A DNA stretch of 41,649 nucleotides from an uncultured Bacilli bacterium (GTDB lineage: Bacteria; Bacillota_I; Bacilli_A; RF39; UBA660): assembly GCA_947630495.1 (NCBI GenBank), contig CANRHS010000003.1, forward strand, positions 1 through 41,649, read 5' to 3'. Each line of letters opens with the position of its first letter. Within the stretch, counting starts at the first letter, position 1. Shown piece by piece: positions 34,775 through 41,649 of the stretch. The notes under the pieces were generated by a model. That model saw only the letters and a program-made list of their open reading frames with translations, searched no databases and had not been told where the DNA came from. A program made the position numbers and the translations under genes.

Positions 34775-36836
34775 ACTATCTTTAAAAAATATAAAGAAAA
34801 GTATTAAAGACTATGCTATCTATTTCTTTACCCTTATCTTAGGTATTTCAATTTTCTATGTCTTTAATGCTTTAGAAAGTCAAACAATTATGCTAAATAT
34901 TTCATCATCAACTAAAGAAATCATTAAATTATTAGTTTCAATTTTATCTGGGGTTAGCATCTTTGTTTCCTTTATCTTAGGATTTTTAATTATCTACGCA
35001 TCAAGATTTTTAATGAAAAGAAGAAACAAGGAGTTTGGAATTTACCTAACTCTTGGAATGAGTAAACGAAAGATATCTTTGATTTTATTCATAGAAACTT
35101 TAGTTATTGGTATCTTATCTTTAGGAGTTGGACTTATCTTAGGTATTGTTTTATCCCAATTCATGAGTTTAATTGTTGCTAATATGTTTGACGCGGACTT
35201 AACCAACTTTACCTTTGTTTTTTCAGGAAGTGCTACTGTTAAAACCATTATTTACTTTAGTATTATGTATTTAATCGTCATGATTTTTAATACTTTAAGT
35301 GTTAGTAAATGTAAGTTAATTGATTTATTAAATGATGCTAAGAAAAGTGAAGTAATTAAATTAAAAAATCCCTTTATTTGTATTGTTGTCTTTATTTTAG
35401 CTTGTATTATTCTTGGTAAGGCTTACTTGCTAGTAACTACTGATATAAGTACCTTAAGTGAATTTAAAGATATTCTAATTCCTATTGCTTTAGGAAGTAT
35501 TGCAACCTTCTTGATATTTTGGAGTTTATCTGGTTTAATTTTAAGAATTGTTAAAAGTAATAAAAAACTTTATTATAAAGGATTAAATAGTTTTACTTTA
35601 AGAGAGTTTTCTAGTAAAATTAATACTATGGTTTTTTCAACAACCATTATTTGTTTAATGTTATTTGTTACAATTTGCTTATTATCATCTTGTTTGACTG
35701 TTAAAAACTCTATGAATAAAAATCTGAGAAAACTTGCTCCCGTTGATGCGATGTTTACAATAACAATGAATATGGATAGAGATTATACTTATTATAAAAA
35801 TTATGGTTATAATGATAATCAAATTAAAAATTCTAAATATAAAGTTATAGATATGTTTAATATTTTCAACTTTGATATTACCTCTTACTTTAAAGAATAT
35901 ATTGAAGTTAATACTTATGCAACTAAAGATTTAACCATGAATCATACTTTAGGTTCGAAGTTAAATGAAATAAGAAGCAAGTATCCATTCCTTGCTTATG
36001 ATACAAGAGAATCCATTATGAAAATAAGTGATTATAATAAAGTAGCTAGATTTTATGGTAACAGGGAATATTCTTTAAATAGCAATGAATATATTATTGT
36101 TGCTGATTTTAAATCAATGATAGAAGTTCGAAATGTTGCTTTAAAGAATAGGGAAGTAATTAATTTATTTGGACATACTTTAAAACCGAAATATGATTAT
36201 TGTGTGGACGGTTTTTTAGAAATGTCTAGTCAACATATTAATACAGGAATAATTGTTGTTGCTGATAATATCATAGATGAAGATTACTTAGTTTTAAATC
36301 ATTTATTAGGAAATTATAAAACCAATAATCAAGAAGAAATTATTAAACTTGAAAATAGTATTAATGATTTAGATAAAAATTCTAAAACTAAAGACTATTT
36401 ACTTCCAAGTGGTTCTACTAAACTTTCAATTAAAGAAGCAACGGTTGGTTTATCTTCAATGGTAACTTTTATTGGACTATATTTAGGAATAATTTTCTTA
36501 ATCAGTAGTGCTGCTATTTTAGGATTAAAAGAATTGTCTGAAGCCAGTGATAATCGAGAAAAGTTCCAAGTTTTAAGAAGAATAGGTACAGATGAAAAAT
36601 TAATCAATAAATCTTTATTTACTGAAACCTTTATCTTCTTTATGACTCCTTTAGTTTTAGCTTTAATTCATTCAGTTTTTGGAATAATCTTTGCTCTTAA
36701 AGTCTTAGAAGTATTTGGAACTGAAGAGTTATTACCATCTATTATCATGACTAGTATTTTTATTGTTATTATTTATGGAGGTTACTTCTTGATTACTTAT
36801 CAATCAAGGAAAAATATTATTAAAGAAAAATATTAA
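34761..36836 (+). CDS. ABC transporter permease (BceB-like, FtsX domain)
   Basis: RRNKEFGIYLTLGM, about 10 TMs with a large extracellular loop, FIGLYLGIIF. Confidence 0.9.
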   Translation: MMLCKLSLKNIKKSIKDYAIYFFTLILGISIFYVFNALESQTIMLNISSSTKEIIKLLVSILSGVSIFVSFILGFLIIYASRFLMKRRNKEFGIYLTLGMSKRKISLILFIETLVIGILSLGVGLILGIVLSQFMSLIVANMFDADLTNFTFVFSGSATVKTIIYFSIMYLIVMIFNTLSVSKCKLIDLLNDAKKSEVIKLKNPFICIVVFILACIILGKAYLLVTTDISTLSEFKDILIPIALGSIATFLIFWSLSGLILRIVKSNKKLYYKGLNSFTLREFSSKINTMVFSTTIICLMLFVTICLLSSCLTVKNSMNKNLRKLAPVDAMFTITMNMDRDYTYYKNYGYNDNQIKNSKYKVIDMFNIFNFDITSYFKEYIEVNTYATKDLTMNHTLGSKLNEIRSKYPFLAYDTRESIMKISDYNKVARFYGNREYSLNSNEYIIVADFKSMIEVRNVALKNREVINLFGHTLKPKYDYCVDGFLEMSSQHINTGIIVVADNIIDEDYLVLNHLLGNYKTNNQEEIIKLENSINDLDKNSKTKDYLLPSGSTKLSIKEATVGLSSMVTFIGLYLGIIFLISSAAILGLKELSEASDNREKFQVLRRIGTDEKLINKSLFTETFIFFMTPLVLALIHSVFGIIFALKVLEVFGTEELLPSIIMTSIFIVIIYGGYFLITYQSRKNIIKEKY

Positions 36837-36837
36837 A

Positions 36838-36923
36838 ATAAAAAAAAGAAGTCTTTCTCTAACGCGTGATGCCTTAAAGACTCCAAACAGAACGCCCGAA
36901 GCGGATAGAGCATTAACTTCTTC
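36838..36923 (-). ncRNA. candidate stand-alone structured small RNA (about 83 nt), family unknown
   Basis: Minus-strand promoter TTGACA(36958-36953)-17 bp-TATATT(36935-36930); GC-enriched body; 5'/3' closing stem followed by a U run. Confidence 0.65.
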
Positions 36924-37034
36924 AAGAAGAATATACAACAAAGTATCATAAATGTCAAGAAAAATTTGATTACCCTTCAGATATTTACAATTTACCCTTT
37001 TTGTGCTATAATTATTATCTGAAAAGAGGGTAAT

Positions 37035-37541
37035 ATGAATTTTGATAAAGTTATAAGAGAAAGATTTTCGGTTAGAAGTTTTAAGGATACTTTAGTAAGT
37101 GATGAAATACTAAATAAGATATTAGAAGCTGGTGTTTTAGCTCCGACAGCTAAGAACTTACAACCTGAAAAAATATATGTTATAAAATCAAGTGAGGGCT
37201 TATCAAGTATTGATAAGGCTAGTCCGTGTAGATATAATGCTCCCGTTTGTTTAATAATTGCAAGTGATAAAGACATTGCTTGGAAAAAAGGTAATGATTC
37301 AACCTATGAAATGGATGCAACAATTGTTGGAGTTCATATGATGCTTGAAGCAACTAATCTAGGAGTTGATAGTGTCTGGGTTAAAATGTTTGATAAAGAA
37401 ATTTTAAGAAGTGAGTTTGAAATTCCATCTAACATAGAACCCGTTTGTTTACTTCCTCTTGGGTATCGTTCTGATGATTCTAGATCTTCTGATATGCATT
37501 ACAAGCGAAAAAAATTAAAAGATATAGTTATATATAAATAA
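37035..37541 (+). CDS. nitroreductase family protein
   Basis: RFSVRSF, APTAKNLQP, LEATNLGVDSVWV, LPLGY. Confidence 0.9.
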   Translation: MNFDKVIRERFSVRSFKDTLVSDEILNKILEAGVLAPTAKNLQPEKIYVIKSSEGLSSIDKASPCRYNAPVCLIIASDKDIAWKKGNDSTYEMDATIVGVHMMLEATNLGVDSVWVKMFDKEILRSEFEIPSNIEPVCLLPLGYRSDDSRSSDMHYKRKKLKDIVIYK

Positions 37542-37571
37542 AAAAATAATATATATTTTATAGGTGATATT

Positions 37572-38234
37572 ATGGTAAAGGATAGTAAAAGGGATAAGTT
37601 TAATAAAAGCATTATAATTTTTACAGTAGGAAGTATAATTGGAACTTTTTATGAAGAAATTTTACACTTTGTTAAGTTTTTAATCTTTAAAAAAGAAATA
37701 TCTTGGGTATCTAAAAGAGGTTTAATTTATGGCCCCTTTAGTCAAGTCTATGGAATTGGAGCAGTCTTAATTTACTTGTTATTTTGTAATAGTAAAGAAA
37801 GAAAATGGTATGTTAACTTCATCTTGGGATGTTTAGTTGGAGGAGTATACGAATTTAGTATGAGTTTTATTCAAGAAAAAATCTGGGGAACAATTTCTTG
37901 GGATTACTCAAATGATTTTCTAAATATTGCCGGAAGAACTTCAGTTCCCTTTATGTTATTTTGGGGATTAGCCATTTGTGCATTCATTTATTTTCTATAT
38001 CCCCTTATCTGTAAGTTTTATGATAAAATATCTAAAAAAAGAGCCAATTTACTTACCAATTTATTAGTAATTTTCTTTGCTTTTGATATTTTTATAACGT
38101 CAGCTGCGACCGTTAGACAAACAGCAAGAAGAGCGGGAGAAGCACCTAAAACTTTTATTGGAGAATTTTGTGATAAACATTATCCTGATGAATATTTAAG
38201 TAAAATGTATAACAATTCAAAATTTGTTGAGTAA
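37572..38234 (+). CDS. putative ABC transporter permease family membrane protein (DUF1113/CmpB-like)
   Basis: RGLIYGPFSQVYGIG, WDYS, NIAGRTS..FWG. Confidence 0.75.
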   Translation: MVKDSKRDKFNKSIIIFTVGSIIGTFYEEILHFVKFLIFKKEISWVSKRGLIYGPFSQVYGIGAVLIYLLFCNSKERKWYVNFILGCLVGGVYEFSMSFIQEKIWGTISWDYSNDFLNIAGRTSVPFMLFWGLAICAFIYFLYPLICKFYDKISKKRANLLTNLLVIFFAFDIFITSAATVRQTARRAGEAPKTFIGEFCDKHYPDEYLSKMYNNSKFVE

Positions 38235-38238
38235 AGAT

Positions 38239-38267
38239 AAGTAAACCATATTGCCGGTTTGCTTTTT
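38239..38267 (+). terminator. terminator
   Basis: AAGTAAACC...GGTTTGCTT then TTT. Confidence 0.55.
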
Positions 38268-38299
38268 CTATGCTAGAATTATATTGTAGTGAGGTAGTT

Positions 38300-38953
38300 A
38301 TGAAAAAGTATTTAGATTTTATTATTAAAGGCATTTATGCTGGAATTTTAATTAGTATAGGTGGAATTGCTTATTTGGCTATTCCTGATAAGATAGTAGG
38401 TTCCTTTATCTTTTCTTTAGGACTTCTTACGGTTTGTATGTATTCATTTAATTTATATACTGGGAAAGTTGGATATATCTTAGTAAATAAACCAAGTTAT
38501 TTAATTGAATTATTATTATCTTTAATAGGTAATTTTTTAGGAACTTTAGGCGTTGGTAGTTTAATGCGTTTAACAAGATTTAAAGCCTATATTGAAACTG
38601 CAACTAGTATTGTTACTACTAAATTAAATGATAACTTATTAAGTATTTTTATCTTAGCAATTTTCTGTGGCATGATCATGTATATTGCTGTTAATAATTA
38701 TAAAAAAGAAGACGATGTTATTGGTAAATATATGACCATTTTTATGGGAGTAATGGCTTTTATCTTATGTGGCTTTGAACATTGTGTTGCTAACATGTTT
38801 TACTTTAGTATAGCAGGTGTATTCTCATTTAAAGTTTTCTTGTATTTACTTATAATGGTTTTAGGTAATAGTCTTGGTTCAATTATAATTGCTTTCTATT
38901 ACAATAGGTACAATAAAAAAGTAGGCTTAAAAGATATATTTAAAAAACAATAA
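38300..38953 (+). CDS. formate/nitrite transporter family protein
   Basis: AGILISIGG, LYTGK, GNFLG, FILCGFEHCVANMFY, GNSLG. Confidence 0.88.
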   Translation: MKKYLDFIIKGIYAGILISIGGIAYLAIPDKIVGSFIFSLGLLTVCMYSFNLYTGKVGYILVNKPSYLIELLLSLIGNFLGTLGVGSLMRLTRFKAYIETATSIVTTKLNDNLLSIFILAIFCGMIMYIAVNNYKKEDDVIGKYMTIFMGVMAFILCGFEHCVANMFYFSIAGVFSFKVFLYLLIMVLGNSLGSIIIAFYYNRYNKKVGLKDIFKKQ

Positions 38954-38963
38954 ATTGAGCATA

Positions 38964-38996
38964 AGGGTCGGCAATCGATTGACGATTGCCGACCTT
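38964..38996. repeat. GC-rich palindromic hairpin (REP-like)
   Basis: AGGGTCGGCAATCG-attga-CGATTGCCGACCTT, with no U run on either side. Confidence 0.55.
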
Positions 38997-39020
38997 CGTG
39001 TTGAAGGAGAAAAAAAGATT

Positions 39021-39488
39021 ATGGAAAAAATAAGTCCTGAAATATTAATTAATCAAGGTATCTGCCCAACTTGTTATGACGAAAGTCATGATCGTGCAGT
39101 ATATGGAGATAATAAAGATAAAATATTATATGAAAATGAAATATTTGAATGTTTCTTAGTTTCTAATCCAAGAACTTCGGGACATACAATTATAAGTAGT
39201 AAAAAACATTACAAAGATATGATGGAAATTCCTGATGATTTATGTCAAGAAATTTTTCTTTTTACTAAAGAAATGATGAATATTCTAAAAAAAGTCTATA
39301 AAGCTGAAAGCATTTACTTATGTACTATGTGTGATGGACCAATGAACCATTTTCATCTTCAACTAATACCAAGATATAGTTTTGAAAAAAGAGGTTCTAA
39401 AAATTTTGTTAAAGAAAGAAAAGAGTATATCGAAGATAAAGAAAAAATCAAAGAGATAAAAGAAATATTAAATAATATTTATAATTAA
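39021..39488 (+). CDS. HIT family protein
   Basis: CPTC, PRTSGHTII, HFHLQLIPR; RBS AAGGAG. Confidence 0.8.
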   Translation: MEKISPEILINQGICPTCYDESHDRAVYGDNKDKILYENEIFECFLVSNPRTSGHTIISSKKHYKDMMEIPDDLCQEIFLFTKEMMNILKKVYKAESIYLCTMCDGPMNHFHLQLIPRYSFEKRGSKNFVKERKEYIEDKEKIKEIKEILNNIYN

Positions 39489-39540
39489 GCAGTGATAATA
39501 AATTTAAGCGTACTAATTATTCTAGTGATGAGGGAGAAAA

Positions 39541-39963
39541 ATGAAAGAATTAACTTTAATACTTGATTGTAATAACAAGATAAATATAGAAAACTTAAAG
39601 AAATTAAATGGTATTTTAGATATTGAAATTAATAACTATGATTGTCTTACTAATCTTAATATAAAATATAATAATGAATTAGTAACAATTCCTGATATTA
39701 TCAATAGTTTTACAAATTATCCTTTAATTATTTCTTTTGATAAACATTCTAAAAATAAATTAACAAATTATCAAGTATTTGTAAAAGGTTTACATTGCGA
39801 AGAATGTTTTAAAAATATAATAAAGAAATTACTATTAACAGAAGGTATTTTCTTTGCTGCTAGTTATTATGATGATTCTATTACAGATATAGAAGTAGAT
39901 ATAAAATATGATTCTAATATGATAAGTGAAGAAGAAATTAATAATATAGCTAATTTATATTAA
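39541..39963 (+). CDS. heavy-metal-associated (HMA) domain protein with two ferredoxin-fold-like repeats
   Basis: VKGLHCEEC; IKYN/IKYD repeat ends. Confidence 0.6.
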   Translation: MKELTLILDCNNKINIENLKKLNGILDIEINNYDCLTNLNIKYNNELVTIPDIINSFTNYPLIISFDKHSKNKLTNYQVFVKGLHCEECFKNIIKKLLLTEGIFFAASYYDDSITDIEVDIKYDSNMISEEEINNIANLY

Positions 39964-39987
39964 AAAATAAATTTATTTTAAAATCAG

Positions 39988-40016
39988 TTGACTAATAAGA
40001 CTGATTTTATTATAAT
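39988..40016 (+). promoter_or_regulatory. promoter overlapped by an inverted repeat
   Basis: TTGACT-17 bp-TATAAT; IR AAAATCAGT...ACTGATTTT (39980-40008). Confidence 0.6.
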
Positions 40017-40041
40017 GAAATTGTATCTGAAAGGAATAAAT

Positions 40042-40446
40042 ATGGATAAATTTAAAGAGATAAGACCAATAGTACTTGGAATTGTAAAAAGAGACAACAA
40101 AATATTAGTAAGTAGGGGATATGATGAGATTAAGAAAGAAACTTTTTATCGATGTTTAGGTGGAGGTATTGAGTTTTTAGAAACAGAATTTAAGGAAGAA
40201 CTTAAATTTGATATTAAGGTAGGGAACTTTTTAGGAATATCAGAAAATATATTTACTTATAATGGTAAGAATGCTCATGAATTAATTTTATTTTATGAGG
40301 TTCAAATAGAAGATAAAGATTATAAAGAAAAATATCATATAATTGATGATACTAATGAAACTGATGCAGTTTGGGTAGATATAGATAAATTTAAAAATAA
40401 AGAATTAAAGTTATATCCCGATGAAATGTTTAAATATTTGAATTAA
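40042..40446 (+). CDS. NUDIX hydrolase with an in-frame deletion in the Nudix box (possibly inactive)
   Basis: YRCLGGGIEFLET|EFKEEL lacks about 7 residues of GX5EX7REUXEE; ENIFTYNGKNAHE. Confidence 0.75.
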   Translation: MDKFKEIRPIVLGIVKRDNKILVSRGYDEIKKETFYRCLGGGIEFLETEFKEELKFDIKVGNFLGISENIFTYNGKNAHELILFYEVQIEDKDYKEKYHIIDDTNETDAVWVDIDKFKNKELKLYPDEMFKYLN

Positions 40447-40542
40447 AATGTAGAAGGAGGTAATTATAAAATGTGAATAGTTAGAAAGTAAAAATTACTT
40501 TTATAATAAATAATATATATTAAATTTAAGGAGGAGAAAGAT

Positions 40543-41013
40543 ATGAAAAAAATATTAAGTATATTATTAATGGGAGTTTTAGTTATAAGTTTAACTGGAT
40601 GTGGAACAGAAGAAATAAAGGAGCAAACTTTAGTATGTACAACTACGGAAACAGAAGATGGAATTGATTTTGAACAAGTAATTTCGATGACTTATAAAAA
40701 TGATAAATTAAATCATATGAAAATGGAAGTTAATACAAAAGTTACAGATTCTAATATTCAGCAAAATTGGGAAGAATTTACAAAGTCATTAGATAAAAAT
40801 AACGAAGAGTTTGATAAAGATGGAGTTAGTTTAAAAATTGAAAGAGATAATGAAAACTATGAATATAATACAATTTTAGATATTGATGTTCTAAATGCTA
40901 GTGATGAAATATTAAAAGAACAAGGATTTGAAGGATTAAAAGAAGATAATAGTACTTTAGAAGATAGTAAAGAGTCTGCTGAAAAAGATGGTGCTATTTG
41001 CGTAATAAAATAA
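40543..41013 (+). CDS. lipoprotein (DUF1307/YehR-like)
   Basis: Signal peptide with lipobox LTGC; C-terminal GAIC. Confidence 0.75.
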   Translation: MKKILSILLMGVLVISLTGCGTEEIKEQTLVCTTTETEDGIDFEQVISMTYKNDKLNHMKMEVNTKVTDSNIQQNWEEFTKSLDKNNEEFDKDGVSLKIERDNENYEYNTILDIDVLNASDEILKEQGFEGLKEDNSTLEDSKESAEKDGAICVIK

Positions 41014-41026
41014 GGAACTAAAAGAT

Positions 41027-41242
41027 ATGAAAAAAGTAAAATTTATTGAAATAAAATCTGAATTAAGTGGTTGGGGTGGTATGAAAGGAAGTAAATATGT
41101 GTTTCCTGACATTAATGAAACGATAGAAGATATGCTAAAGAAAGGATGGGAATACTTAGGATATGTTCCAAATGAAACAAGAGGAACAGGAGATATTGAA
41201 ACTTTATCTTTAATTTTTCAAAAAGAAGATGAAAAACAATAA
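41027..41242 (+). CDS. DUF4177-like small protein
   Basis: IEDMLKKGWEYLG...LIFQK pattern. Confidence 0.6.
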   Translation: MKKVKFIEIKSELSGWGGMKGSKYVFPDINETIEDMLKKGWEYLGYVPNETRGTGDIETLSLIFQKEDEKQ

Positions 41243-41259
41243 TTCAAAGAGTGATAAAA

Positions 41260-41637
41260 ATGAATATATTTTTAGAAAAAGTTAATGTTGATGATAAAGA
41301 AATCTTATATAGATTATTACAATATTCACTTTATGAAGAAAGTGAAAATGATTTAAATGAAATGAATGAAAATGCAATCTTTGAGTATCAATATTTTGAT
41401 AAGTATTTTAAAGATAAAGATCGCGATGCCTACTTTATAAAAGAAAAAAATACTAATAAACTATTAGGATTTGCTATGGTAAATACTTATACTAAAAATA
41501 TAGTTGATGGTCATAGTATAGCAGAATATATGGTTATTCCTAAATATCGAAGAAAGAAAATAGGAAAGAATGTGGTTCTTCCGATAGTTTGTTTAAAACT
41601 ATCAAAAGATGAGTTGAAACAACTTGTCTTTTTTTAG
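41260..41637 (+). pseudogene. GNAT acetyltransferase, apparently truncated after motif A
   Basis: LLQYSLYEES, LLGFAMVN, IAEYMVIPKYRRKKIGK; the frame then runs into two hairpins and stops. Confidence 0.55.
41583..41635 (+). terminator. tandem hairpins, the second an intrinsic terminator
   Basis: GATAGTTT/AAACTATC (41583-41603) and AAAAGATGAGTTG-aaa-CAACTTGTCTTTT (41604-41632) plus a T run. Confidence 0.6.
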
Positions 41638-41649
41638 TCGTTAAGAATA

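Noticed and set aside
282-37276. Short antisense or out-of-frame ORFs in the track (for example 282-506, 886-1080, 1772-2035, 7372-7692, 11676-12149, 13235-13618, 15783-15983, 18871-19065, 22883-23119, 36992-37276)
   Set aside because: They are shadows of well-supported genes, with no recognisable motifs or RBS.

Overview
AT-rich chromosomal segment of a low-GC Firmicute. Gene content and codon style suggest a gut Bacilli lineage such as RF39 (inference). The housekeeping backbone is parE-parC, a shortened Rel/SpoT homolog, gltX, thyA-folA-tmk-pyrH, a class B PBP, a Phe T-box operon (esterase-pheS-pheT-hisS) and tRNA-Ala(TGC). An accessory right half carries a VanX-like peptidase, flavoproteins, a MATE fusion, a Fic protein, a BceRS-BceAB module and a run of short diverse genes. 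The most notable unannotated signals are: (1) a type I toxin-antitoxin-like locus between parC and rel whose hydrophobic peptide is out of frame by one base in a T6 run; (2) an orphan VirD4-like ATPase, minimal protein kinase and repeat protein operon; (3) a stand-alone structured RNA of about 83 nt with its own promoter downstream of bceB; (4) tandem Rpn C-terminus-like small ORFs; (5) a structured leader with a terminator and uORF before the MATE gene; (6) an atypical T-box expression platform. I saw no CRISPR array, rRNA, integrase or transposase. All calls were made by eye from motifs, with no database searches.
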